Source: Candidatus Zixiibacteriota bacterium
GTDB taxonomy: Bacteria; RBG-13-66-14; B26-G2; WVWN01
DNA: 56,145 bases
NCBI GenBank assembly: GCA_050117845.1
Contig: JASFLY010000018.1
Coordinates: 1 to 56,145, forward strand
Direction: 5' to 3'
Shown here in pieces: positions 1 through 8,378 of the stretch. Under the pieces are notes generated by a model, which searched no databases, was not told the DNA's origin, and worked only from the letters and a program-made list of their open reading frames with translations. Numbering within the stretch: position 1 is the stretch's first letter; every line of letters starts with the position of its first letter. Made by a program: the position numbers and the translations under genes.

Positions 1-26
1 AACCAAGCAATGCGGTGTTTTGCCAT
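1..26 (-). CDS. 5' end of a gene running off the window; probable isocitrate/isopropylmalate dehydrogenase family
   Basis: ATG at 26 preceded by a GGGGAG RBS. Reads MAKHRIAW(L/F), resembling the IDH/IPMDH N-terminus 'K(Y/H)xIAxLPGDG'. Only about 8 codons are visible. Confidence 0.45.
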
Positions 27-114
27 CTGAACTCCCCTGTTAACTTGCGGTGGCGCTTATAATAAACTAAAATTCGGGTATTCTCAATCGTTTTCAAACG
101 CCGGGAGTTTTTTA

Positions 115-804
115 ATGGCAAAAAACGCTTTATACGAAGTCCTTGCGGCGTCGCCGCTCTTCAAAAACGCCTCCCCGGACGACGTCGGCCGTGTCGCATC
201 GTCGTCGTACCTCCGCGAATTCGGCCGGGGCGAAATGCTTTTTTCGGAAGAGGACGACGCCGCGGCCTTTTTCGTCGTCGCCGAAGGCCGCGTCAAAGTA
301 TTCAAACAATCGCCCGACGGCCGGGAACTCATCATAAAAATAATGCGCGCCGGCGACATGGTGGGCGAGGCCGCCGCGCTGACCGGGGGCCGCTACCCCG
401 CCTCCGCCCAGGCCCTCGAGGACACCACGGCCGCCGAGGTCCCCCGCCGGGAATTCATCGCCCTCGTGAAGGAGGCGCCGGAACTCGCCCTCGGAATCAT
501 TGCCGCGCTGTCGGCCCGCCTCTACCAGATAAGCGCGGTCCTCGAGAAACTGACGCTTAAGGAAGTCCCGGCCCGGCTGGCCTCGTACCTTTTGGAGCGC
601 GCCACCGGGGGCGGACGCGGCCCCGAACGGGTCGACCTCGACGTCAGCAAAACGGCGCTCGCCGCCGAACTGGGGACCGTCCCCGAGACGCTGAGTCGGG
701 CCCTGCGCCGGCTCGCGGACGCCGGCGTCATCGAGGTCGAAGGGCGGCGCGTCGTCATCCTCGATCCGGCGTCGCTCCGCCTCCTCGCCGGCAATCCTGA
801 TTAA
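115..804 (+). CDS. Crp/Fnr family transcriptional regulator (Dnr/HcpR-like)
   Basis: cNMP-binding barrel (GRVKVFK..GRELII..GDMVGE) and C-terminal HTH 'LAAELGTVPETLSRAL'. No N-terminal Cys cluster. Confidence 0.93.
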   Translation: MAKNALYEVLAASPLFKNASPDDVGRVASSSYLREFGRGEMLFSEEDDAAAFFVVAEGRVKVFKQSPDGRELIIKIMRAGDMVGEAAALTGGRYPASAQALEDTTAAEVPRREFIALVKEAPELALGIIAALSARLYQISAVLEKLTLKEVPARLASYLLERATGGGRGPERVDLDVSKTALAAELGTVPETLSRALRRLADAGVIEVEGRRVVILDPASLRLLAGNPD

Positions 805-826
805 TATTTAACGATAAAACGTCCGA

Positions 827-844
827 CCTTGACCTGTGTCAAGG
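827..844 (+). promoter_or_regulatory. Crp/Fnr-type binding palindrome CCTTGAC-CTGT-GTCAAGG, with -10 TATAGT at 865-870
   Basis: TTGAC-N4-GTCAA inverted repeat centred about 41.5 nt upstream of the start site predicted from the -10 (class II geometry), directly downstream of the Crp/Fnr gene. Confidence 0.8.
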
Positions 845-909
845 CGGTTTTGTTCGGCCCGGGGTATAGTGGGGCGCAATCGATAAAAAGTTAATTCAGG
901 AGGTTCGAA

Positions 910-1677
910 ATGGGTAAAGTAACCCGCAGTATCGTAAAAATAGACGAAGAATTGTGCGACGGATGCGGCCAGTGCGTACCGGCCTGCGCCGAGGGCGCTA
1001 TCCAAATCGTGGACGGCAAGGCCCGCCTGGTGAGCGAAGTTTATTGCGACGGCCTGGGCGCGTGCCTGGGAGAATGCCCCCAGGGCGCCATCACCATCGA
1101 GGAGCGAACCGCCGACGAGTTCGACGCCGCCGCGGTGGACAGGCACCTCCGCGAGGCCGGCCGGGATCCGGCCGCCCGGCACGAAGAGGCCGCCGCCCCC
1201 AAGGCCGCCGCGCCGGTTTCCTTCTGCCCCGGGGCCCGGACCGTGGACATGCGCAAACCGGCCGACGAGTGCACCGAGCCGGAGGTCGTCCTCGAGGGGG
1301 ACATCCCCTCCGAGCTGCGCCAATGGCCGGTCAAGCTGTACCTCGTCAGCCCGAACGCGCCGTACTTCCAGGGCGCCGAGCTCTTAATAGCGGCCGACTG
1401 CGCCCCGCTCGCCTACGCCGGCTTCCACCCCGATTTCCTGCGGGACAAGGCCGTCGTCATCGGCTGCCCCAAGTTCGACGACGTGACCCGCTACCGGGAA
1501 AAGCTGACGGCCATCTTCGCCGACAACGATATTAAAAAGGTGACCGTAGCCCATATGGAAGTACCGTGTTGCTTCGGCCTGGTCCAGCTGGCGCGCGAGG
1601 CGGTCGCGGCCGCCGGGAAGGATATCCCGTTCGAGGACGTCACGGTTACGATCCAGGGCGCCGCCGCCGCCCGGTAA
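910..1677 (+). CDS. 2x[4Fe-4S] ferredoxin-domain protein with conserved Cys-containing C-terminal domain (FrdX-like)
   Basis: CDGCGQCVPAC and CDGLGACLGECP motifs; C-terminal QWPVKL, ADC, GCPKFD and MEVPCC motifs; AGGAGG RBS. Confidence 0.88.
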   Translation: MGKVTRSIVKIDEELCDGCGQCVPACAEGAIQIVDGKARLVSEVYCDGLGACLGECPQGAITIEERTADEFDAAAVDRHLREAGRDPAARHEEAAAPKAAAPVSFCPGARTVDMRKPADECTEPEVVLEGDIPSELRQWPVKLYLVSPNAPYFQGAELLIAADCAPLAYAGFHPDFLRDKAVVIGCPKFDDVTRYREKLTAIFADNDIKKVTVAHMEVPCCFGLVQLAREAVAAAGKDIPFEDVTVTIQGAAAAR

Positions 1678-1704
1678 AAAAAAAGCCCGCCGTCCGGCGG
1701 GCTT
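1676..1704. terminator. Intrinsic terminator between convergent genes
   Basis: AAGCCCGCC-gtcc-GGCGGGCTT stem with an A-run on the left, which is a U-tail for the minus strand. Confidence 0.8.
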
Positions 1705-1724
1705 CAAACTTTCGCGTTCGGCCG

Positions 1725-2462
1725 TTAGTTAAACAGCGCTTTAACACGCCCCAACGACGCGGGGCTAATGCCGGTGGTGTCGAACTTCTTCGCGGCGGCG
1801 TTGTGCACTTCCGCGTCGGTGTTCGGCCCTTGCACCCAGGCGGTCACGCCGAGGTCGTCGCGTTTCCAACCGGTGGTGACGTTAAACGTGTGCTCGAATT
1901 CCTGAGACTGGCCGGAATTCGTAATGGTGAGGCTGGTCGTGGCGAGGTCCCGTTCCATGACGCGCACCGGCGTACTCCCGTACGAACCGCCGACGACGAC
2001 TTCGTCCTCCCACAGGCCGACATATATCGTATGGCCGGCGGGCAAACTCGATTCCAGCGTAACCTTGACCTTAACGTATGCCGTACTCGACCCGAGGGTG
2101 TTCTCCTCGATGGATACCACCAGCGGAGCCGAGAGGGCGTGCCGCGTATTGTAGTGGGAGAGGAAAGTGCTGTAACCGGAGTTGCACCTCAGGATACCGT
2201 CCGTGAAGTGGTGGGGGACGGTACTCTGCCCGTAAAAAGTCATTAAACGTTCACTGGCGTGCGGGGAAACGTAAAATACACACTGGATGGGGGCTAATAC
2301 GTCGAGGCCGTACGTGTTAATTAACGTGCTGAAGTCCGCTTCCGCGGACGGGCACGAACCTCAACCGGTCCACCCGAAGTGCTCGACGAGTACGGTACGC
2401 GTTGCCGCCCACGACGAAGACGCTATTAAAACCAACCCGACGAGTAATGCTTTTTTAACCAT
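1725..2462 (-). CDS. Secreted Omp28-like/thioredoxin-fold protein with a UxxC motif; probable selenoprotein (Sec at TGA 2363-2361), 245 aa
   Basis: GAAAGGAG RBS and ATG at 2462; signal peptide MVKKALLVGLVLIASSSWA; then RTVLVEHFGWTG-TGA-GSCP, in frame with the 172-aa ORF starting at 2243. SECIS-like hairpin follows the TGA. C-terminus is SPASLGRVKALFN. Confidence 0.85.
2325..2356 (-). other. Putative bacterial SECIS element
   Basis: mRNA reads UGA GGUU CGUGC CC GUCCGC GGAA GCGGAC UUCA GCACG. The 6-bp upper stem starts 11 nt after UGA, the apical loop starts with G, and there is a 5-bp lower stem. Confidence 0.75.
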
Positions 2463-2544
2463 TGCCGCTCCTTTCGTTGAGCGCATCTATACTCAAAACG
2501 ACCTTTTTACCGCGTTCATAAGGCAATAGGTCATATTCTTATTT

Positions 2545-2573
2545 ATAATAGCACACTCGGCCCCCGAAGGCAA
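2545..2573 (-). promoter_or_regulatory. sigma70-type promoter for the UxxC gene
   Basis: TTGCCT-17 nt-TATTAT with an extended -10 TG. Confidence 0.55.
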
Positions 2574-2580
2574 TACGCTA

Positions 2581-2606
2581 AGAAAAAACCCGCCGCAAGG
2601 CGGGTT
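2581..2606 (-). terminator. Intrinsic terminator ending the minus-strand metabolic operon
   Basis: AACCCGCC-gcaa-GGCGGGTT stem with a U-rich tail on the minus strand. Confidence 0.8.
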
Positions 2607-2627
2607 ATCCTTAAAAGCTGACGGGGA

Positions 2628-3104
2628 TTACTCCTCCCCGGCGAACGCGGATACGAACGTGGTTAGCGCCGCGGCCTTGTCGGCCCTGTCCGTCCCGGCG
2701 TCGTAATACGCCACCAGGAGCAGCGGGCCGTTGGTGACGGTCGCGAATTCCTGCATTACGTCCATCGCGGTGAGTTGGTCGTTGCGCTCGGCGCCGAACC
2801 GGGCCGCCCCGTCCATGTCCTCGAACGCGTACGTCTCCAGGATTACCTCGGGTTCCGAACTAGCGTATACGGCGTGCCATACGCAACCTTTCGGGAACTC
2901 CCGTATGAGGTCGTTCCGCGGCTGGAACGGAATGCCGGCCTCTTTCAAAAGAAGCTCCGCCCGGCCCGCCTCGGGCATTACCAGCCCCACCGGCCGCGCC
3001 GTGTCGGCTTCCGTCTCGGCGCCGGCCGTCTCGGCGGCGCTGTCCTTCTGGCACGCGAACGCCACCGCGGCGCATATAGCGAGCGCGAGTAAGACTTTCT
3101 TCAT
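2628..3104 (-). CDS. Hypothetical lipoprotein
   Basis: True start is [18 protein letters not shown] (lipobox AFAC). The ATG overlaps the upstream gene's TGA (ATGA). Confidence 0.75.
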   Translation of the reverse strand: MKKVLLALAICAAVAFACQKDSAAETAGAETEADTARPVGLVMPEAGRAELLLKEAGIPFQPRNDLIREFPKGCVWHAVYASSEPEVILETYAFEDMDGAARFGAERNDQLTAMDVMQEFATVTNGPLLLVAYYDAGTDRADKAAALTTFVSAFAGEE

Positions 3105-3595
3105 CGATTCCCCAACTCCTTTTTTACGTACGGCACCAGGCCGCCCGCCTCGAGAATCCCGATCACTTCCGCCGGGAGCGCCGGAAACCGATAAACCGTG
3201 CCGTCGGCCGCCGTCAACTCGCCCGCCTCGAAATCGATGCTTATCTCGTCCCCGGCCGAAACCGCGGCCGCGGCCTCCGGGGCCACGACCATCGGAAGGC
3301 CGGCGTTTATCGCGTTCCGGTAGAAGATGCGCGCGAACGAGGCCGCGACCACCGCCGCCACGCCGGCGTACTTCATGCACAGCGCCGCCTGCTCTCGGCT
3401 CGAGCCGCAGCCGAAGTTCTTCCCGGCCACGACGACGTCGCCCGGCCTTACGTTCTCCGCGAACGTCGGGTCGAGGTCCTCGAGGGCGTGGGCCGCCATC
3501 TCCTCCGGGTCGTTCACCGTATAGGTGTACTTCCCCGGGAACAGAACGTCCGTGTTGACGTCGTCGCCGTACTTCCAGACTTTGCCTTTCGTCAT
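3101..3595 (-). CDS. leuD: Aconitase-family (LeuD/HacB-type) dehydratase small subunit
   Basis: [33 protein letters not shown] and ILEAGGL motifs. Substrate uncertain. Confidence 0.88.
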   Translation of the reverse strand: MTKGKVWKYGDDVNTDVLFPGKYTYTVNDPEEMAAHALEDLDPTFAENVRPGDVVVAGKNFGCGSSREQAALCMKYAGVAAVVAASFARIFYRNAINAGLPMVVAPEAAAAVSAGDEISIDFEAGELTAADGTVYRFPALPAEVIGILEAGGLVPYVKKELGNR

Positions 3596-3622
3596 ATCAC
3601 TCCCGAACGGCCGCCGCCGGCC

Positions 3623-4879
3623 TCAGGGCCTTACGGCCCGGGGGTCCTTTATATGCCCCGTGAGAGCGGAGGCCGCCGCCGTCGCTGGCGAGCACAGGTA
3701 AACCTCGGCCTCGGCCGAACCCATCCGGCCGCGGAAGTTGCGGTTGGCCGTGGACAAACAAACCTCGCCCGCCGCCAGTATCCCCTCGTGGGCGCCGAGG
3801 CACGGCCCGCAACCCGGGTTCATTATTATCGCGCCCGCCTGCGCCAGCGTCGTTAAAGCGCCGATGCCCGTCGCCTCCAGGTAAACCGCCCGGCTGGCCG
3901 GGAACACCAGCACCCGGACGCCGGGCGCGATTTTCCGATTGCGCAGTACATCGGCCGCGACCACGAGGTCCTCGACGCGGCCGTTGGTGCAGGTCCCGAT
4001 GATTACCTGGTCGACCTTCGTCCCCGCCGCCTCGCTCACCCTGACGACGTTGTCCACGGTGTGCGGGAGGGCGACTTGCGGCTCGAGGGCGCAGGCGTCG
4101 TAGGTCAGCGTCCGCTCGTACGCGGCGTCCTCGTCGGGGAAGACCTCCTCGAATTCGCGCCGCGCCCGGCCCGCCAGGAACGCCCGCGTCTTGTCGTCCG
4201 GCGCGACGTAGCCGTTCTTGGCCCCCATCTCCGCCGCCATGTTGCACAGCGTCATCCGGCCGGCTACCGACATCGCCTCCACGGTCGGCCCCGCGAACTC
4301 GACGGACCGGTAGAGCGCGCCGTCCGCGCCCACGTCGCCGATAATGAAGAGGACGAGGTCCTTGGCGGACACGTCCGCGCCGAACTCGCCTTCCACCTCG
4401 ACGCGTATCGACGTCGGGCACATCAGCCAGAGTTCGTCGACGGCGAAGAGCGCCGCCAGCTCGGTCCTCCCGATGCCCGCGGCGAACGCCCCGAAGGCCC
4501 CGTGGCTCGTCGTGTGGCTGTCCGCCCCCAGGACGAGTTCGCCCGGCAGGGCGAAACCCCGTTCCGCGAATACCTGATGGCAGATACCCTCGCCGACGTC
4601 GAAGAAGTGCTCGATGCCCTGGGCCGCGACGAAGTTACGAACGTCCACGTGGTTCCGGGCGTACTTCTCGGTCGCCGCCGGGACGCAGTGGTCGAGTATT
4701 ATCACGACCTTGTCCGGCGCGGCGACGCGCGGCGCGCCCATCTTGCCGAAGGTGGCCGCGATGGCCGCGGTGTTATCGTGGGAGAGAAGGCGGTCCGGCG
4801 AGAGGACGACGATCTCTCCGGCGGCCACGGGCCGGCCGGCCTTCCGGGAGAAAACTTTTTCAGCGAAGGTTTGGGGCAT
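3623..4879 (-). CDS. leuC: Aconitase-family (LeuC/HacA-type) dehydratase large subunit
   Basis: DHCVP, GICHQ, GADSHT, IGTCTNGR, PGCGPCLG and STANRNFRGRMG motifs. Substrate uncertain. Confidence 0.9.
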   Translation of the reverse strand: MPQTFAEKVFSRKAGRPVAAGEIVVLSPDRLLSHDNTAAIAATFGKMGAPRVAAPDKVVIILDHCVPAATEKYARNHVDVRNFVAAQGIEHFFDVGEGICHQVFAERGFALPGELVLGADSHTTSHGAFGAFAAGIGRTELAALFAVDELWLMCPTSIRVEVEGEFGADVSAKDLVLFIIGDVGADGALYRSVEFAGPTVEAMSVAGRMTLCNMAAEMGAKNGYVAPDDKTRAFLAGRARREFEEVFPDEDAAYERTLTYDACALEPQVALPHTVDNVVRVSEAAGTKVDQVIIGTCTNGRVEDLVVAADVLRNRKIAPGVRVLVFPASRAVYLEATGIGALTTLAQAGAIIMNPGCGPCLGAHEGILAAGEVCLSTANRNFRGRMGSAEAEVYLCSPATAAASALTGHIKDPRAVRP

Positions 4880-6231
4880 CAGTCTCGGACCTCCGGCCCG
4901 AACGCCTCGGTCAGCGAATCGTACAACTCCGTCGTTAAGGGTTTATTGGCATTCGGATTCGGCAATACAACTCCGCCCTCCGGCCCGTAAACCTCCCCGT
5001 CGACGGTGGACCTCGAACAACCGAGGTTAAAGGGCGCCCATATAACGGCGCAGACGTTATCGAGTTTATTCTCCTTGTACAAACCCTTCCCCACCGTTCG
5101 GGGAACGCAACAAGCGTCCCCACATCCGGCATCGTCGCCGCCGGGTAACCCGCCGTCCCCGTACAATACGTTTTGCACGTCGTTCCGGGTTACGCCGCAC
5201 GTATAATAGATTAAAACGTTCGGGCCCGTACCGGAAAACTTCCCGCTCTCCTCGACCAGCACCTCGCGGACGGGCACCCGCTGAGGCGACGCCGTATTGC
5301 AGACGCACCGGCTCCCGTAGAACGTCGGGTAGATGTTAGGCCGGGTGTATAAGGGCCCCAATACGGTAACCCCGTCTCCCGCCTCCCCCGCCGTGATATA
5401 AACATAATCGACGGGAGACTCGGCGTCGCGGGCGTTGAAACGTTCACCGTCGCGGTAGAAACGGTAGTCGGCGAAATCGGCCTCGAATGCGCCCGCAGCC
5501 GTTTCCCTTAAAAAAGGAAGCGCTTCGACGATTATCCGCCGCAACGTCCGGAGTTCGCTTTCATCCCCCGTGTCCGGCACCCTGCTAATGCATACTACTA
5601 CTCCCTCGCCGTCGTTTAACGGGATATCCAACCGCTTTATCTTCGCGACCGCCGCCGATCTCTCGGGGTCTACGCGAGGCCGGACCCGCGACGTTACGCC
5701 GAAATCGACCCGCTCCTCCCGAATGGCGAACGAGATACCGGCGTCCCCTTCGGCGCCGGGGCCGCCGGTCCCCGCGTCCGGGGTTAAGTAGCGGCCCACC
5801 CGCAGCAAAGCGCCGATGGCGTCCAGCTCGGTCAACGCCCCCAGGAAATCGGAATCGTTCTCCATCAATTTAATATAACGCCTGATGGGAACGCGCCCCT
5901 CCGCCTTGTCGCATATTCGGCCGAACCTGGATTCGAAATACGCGAACCAACTCCGGTAAACGTCCGAAAATTGTCCGGCGACCGACTCCTCGGCTATCAA
6001 ATCCTCGAAAATTAAGAACGCGAGTCCCTGCGTCAGGTAATTCCGTATCGGTACCGCCGACCTCGCCCTGGCGATTTCTATCGAGAAGTCGGACCCCTCG
6101 TACCCCTCAATTATGGAATCGACGATTCCGTCCACGCAATCCCGTCCGAAGAATCGCGTCAGCGAGGGATACCTTTTATAAACTTCCTCCCTATCGATCA
6201 CCCTAATGCCTCCTCCCCGGGTTGAGATCAA
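4879..6231 (-). CDS. Hypothetical protein (about 450 aa)
   Basis: Long ORF overlapping both neighbours at their start/stop codons. Visibly less GC-rich than its flanks. No clear family. Confidence 0.65.
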   Translation of the reverse strand: MISTRGGGIRVIDREEVYKRYPSLTRFFGRDCVDGIVDSIIEGYEGSDFSIEIARARSAVPIRNYLTQGLAFLIFEDLIAEESVAGQFSDVYRSWFAYFESRFGRICDKAEGRVPIRRYIKLMENDSDFLGALTELDAIGALLRVGRYLTPDAGTGGPGAEGDAGISFAIREERVDFGVTSRVRPRVDPERSAAVAKIKRLDIPLNDGEGVVVCISRVPDTGDESELRTLRRIIVEALPFLRETAAGAFEADFADYRFYRDGERFNARDAESPVDYVYITAGEAGDGVTVLGPLYTRPNIYPTFYGSRCVCNTASPQRVPVREVLVEESGKFSGTGPNVLIYYTCGVTRNDVQNVLYGDGGLPGGDDAGCGDACCVPRTVGKGLYKENKLDNVCAVIWAPFNLGCSRSTVDGEVYGPEGGVVLPNPNANKPLTTELYDSLTEAFGPEVRD

Positions 6232-6770
6232 CCCAACTTAAACGGCTCGAAGTTCATGAAATCGGCGTGATGGATTATTATGGCCTCCGGGGTCGCCCGG
6301 ACGCCGTCGCCCTCGCGGGCGTGGGTCGCGATGACGTGGCACACCTCCGTGGGAAGGCCGAGCTCGTACGCCAGCGCCGTCCCCGAAAAGGGATGCCGCA
6401 GCATCTCGCCGGTGTCGGACTTGACGAACTTGCCGTCCTCCTCGCGGTACTCGAGGAGTTTGCCCACGTCGTGCAGAAGCGCCCCGGCGACGAGGTGGTC
6501 CCGATTGACCTCCACGCGCGGGCCGTATATCTTCGACAGCGCCTTGGACGCCGCCAGCGCGCACCACGTCACCGCCCGCGTGTGCTCCAGGTAGGTGGCG
6601 GGACAGGGCTCGATTAGTAGCGTGAAGGGGATGCGGTTCATGTCTTCCGCGTCCCAACCACCGCGCTGGAGCGCGGCCTCGTAGGTCGCGACCACCTTGT
6701 CGCGGATATCGCCGTCCGCGATGAGCGTCAGCTCCGGCAACAGCTCCATGATTTTCGTTTCCGTCGCCAT
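6228..6770 (-). CDS. HD/HDIG-domain metal-dependent phosphohydrolase
   Basis: True start MATETKIMELL at 6770; motifs LEHTRAV, GALLHDVGK, RHPFSG and IIHHAD. Confidence 0.88.
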   Translation of the reverse strand: MATETKIMELLPELTLIADGDIRDKVVATYEAALQRGGWDAEDMNRIPFTLLIEPCPATYLEHTRAVTWCALAASKALSKIYGPRVEVNRDHLVAGALLHDVGKLLEYREEDGKFVKSDTGEMLRHPFSGTALAYELGLPTEVCHVIATHAREGDGVRATPEAIIIHHADFMNFEPFKLG

Positions 6771-7555
6771 CACTTCACCTCCGCCGGGTGCCGCGGGGCC
6801 GGGCCGTCGTACTCCCAGGCCGACGGCTCGATGCGCCGCATGGGCCGCTCCCGCGTCGCCTCCTCGACGACGTGGGCCAGCCAACCCGGCATCCGGGCCA
6901 TGATGAAGAACGCGTTCGCCCGGGCGGCGTCGAAGCCGAGTTCGTAGAGACACGCCGCGATGGCGCCGTCCACGTTCAGCGGCAGCGCCCTCCCGGTGAC
7001 CGTCGCGAGGGCCGCCGCGAACGCCCGAGCCATGGGGACCCCTTCCCGCGCCAGGCCCAGCTCCTCCGCCAGCGCGAAGAGCCGCGCGGCCCGGGGGTCG
7101 TCGTCGTGGACCCTGTGGCCGTATCCCAGGACCCGGCGGCCGGCGTCGCGGTAGCGCTCGACGACCGCGGCCGCGGCCTCCTCCCGGGAGACGCCCTTCT
7201 CCTTCATGTACGAGGCCGCCTCGGCGAGCGCCGTCATGCAACCCTCGACCGCGCCGCCGTGGAAGCGGTTTACGGACAGGACGCCGGCGGCGAGCGCCGC
7301 GTTGACCGGGGCCCCGGTGGAAGCGGCGGTACGCGCCGCGAGGGTGGAGGGGGGCGTTACGCCGTGGTCCACCGAGGACACGAGGATGGCGTCGAGTAGC
7401 TTGCCCTCGGCCTCGGCCGGCAACTCGCCCCGGAGCGCGAGCCACACGACCTCGGCGAAGCTGCGGCGCCCCATCAACTCGGCGATGGGATAGCCGCGGA
7501 GGTTTATCCTATTCGGCGCGATATCGGTTATCGCGGTCTTCCATTTCTCGGTCAT
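6770..7555 (-). CDS. ccl: Citryl-CoA lyase (citrate synthase-fold family)
   Basis: KWKTAIT, DHGVTPPS, HGGA, GYGHRVH and LNVDG motifs in a short 261-aa protein, typical of stand-alone CCL. Confidence 0.82.
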   Translation of the reverse strand: MTEKWKTAITDIAPNRINLRGYPIAELMGRRSFAEVVWLALRGELPAEAEGKLLDAILVSSVDHGVTPPSTLAARTAASTGAPVNAALAAGVLSVNRFHGGAVEGCMTALAEAASYMKEKGVSREEAAAAVVERYRDAGRRVLGYGHRVHDDDPRAARLFALAEELGLAREGVPMARAFAAALATVTGRALPLNVDGAIAACLYELGFDAARANAFFIMARMPGWLAHVVEEATRERPMRRIEPSAWEYDGPAPRHPAEVK

Positions 7556-7585
7556 ACCTGCTCCTACTTGAGCCTGGTTATAACT

Positions 7586-7930
7586 CTACCCCCGCTCGGG
7601 GGAGTAGACGATACGGCCTTCGCACAAGGCCGCCTTTACGAGGGCGCTCTCCTCCCGCGCCCGGCTGAACTCCGCCGGCGTGTACACGATGATGTCCACC
7701 CGCTCCCGACTCTTGAGCCTTTCCCGAAACTCCTGCTGGCGTTCCCGGAACGGCAACTCGCTCTCGGCGACGACTATCAGGTTTATTTTGGAACCCTTCC
7801 GCGCCGTCCCCCGCGCCACCGCGCCGTGCGCGATTATCTGCCGGGCGCCGAGCATCACGAGCCGAGGCGTGAGGAAATTGATTTCGGCCTCGAGTTCGCG
7901 CTGGCGGGTTATCTTCGGCGTTCCATCCAT
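7586..7930 (-). CDS. Minimal nucleotidyltransferase (MNT)-like protein, catalytic motif degenerate
   Basis: IIAHGAVARG...SKINLIVV and VDIIVYTPAEF match the MNT layout, but GS and DxD are replaced. Start uncertain. Confidence 0.7.
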   Translation of the reverse strand: MDGTPKITRQRELEAEINFLTPRLVMLGARQIIAHGAVARGTARKGSKINLIVVAESELPFRERQQEFRERLKSRERVDIIVYTPAEFSRAREESALVKAALCEGRIVYSPERG

Positions 7931-7952
7931 ACCGGGCGTTTCGTTCGCCCGA

Positions 7953-8375
7953 CTACGCCTCGCCGGGCGTTCCGATTTCGGCAAAAAAGTTTTCTATACA
8001 CTCCCGTATCTCGTCCCGGGTCCGGCGGTAGGTAGCGAGGTCGTAGCCGTACGGGTCGGGCACGGGCCAGTGGAGCCGCTTCGCCTCCCCCGGGAAATAC
8101 GGACACGTTTCCTTCGCATTATCGCATAAGGTAATTATATAGTCAAACTCCTCGCCGACGAACTCGTCCACCGACTGCGAGCGCTGGTGCGATATATCCA
8201 CTCCCGCCTCGGCCATCACGTCGTAGGTGAGCGGGACGATGCGCATGGGCCTCACGCCCGCCGAGAATGCCTCGACCCGGCCTTCGCCCAGGTGATTGGC
8301 CCACCCCTCCGCCATCTGCGAGCGGCAGGAGTTCCCGGTGCAAACAAAGAGTATGCGAGTTTTGTTTTCAGCCAT
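7953..8375 (-). CDS. arsC: Arsenate reductase, thioredoxin-coupled (LMW-PTP fold)
   Basis: ILFVCTGNSCRSQMAEG, TLCDNAKETCP and HWPVPDP motifs. Confidence 0.9.
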   Translation of the reverse strand: MAENKTRILFVCTGNSCRSQMAEGWANHLGEGRVEAFSAGVRPMRIVPLTYDVMAEAGVDISHQRSQSVDEFVGEEFDYIITLCDNAKETCPYFPGEAKRLHWPVPDPYGYDLATYRRTRDEIRECIENFFAEIGTPGEA

Positions 8376-8378
8376 AAG

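Noticed and set aside
2361..2363. TGA read as a pseudogene-causing nonsense mutation or as genetic code 4/25
   Set aside because: It sits exactly at the redox Cys position with a SECIS-like hairpin. Many genes here end in TGA and Trp is TGG, so Sec insertion fits best.
6228..7445. N-terminal extensions given by the ORF track (405-aa HD ORF; also 2628-3380, 9830-10930, 19806-20966, 41240-42847)
   Set aside because: The extensions overlap upstream genes in another frame. Internal ATGs with RBS or stop-start coupling give the real starts.
7953..8375. LMW-PTP as the Wzb phosphatase partner of Wzc
   Set aside because: It has the extra CDxAxxxCP redox cysteines of Trx-coupled ArsC and is about 44 kb from wzc.
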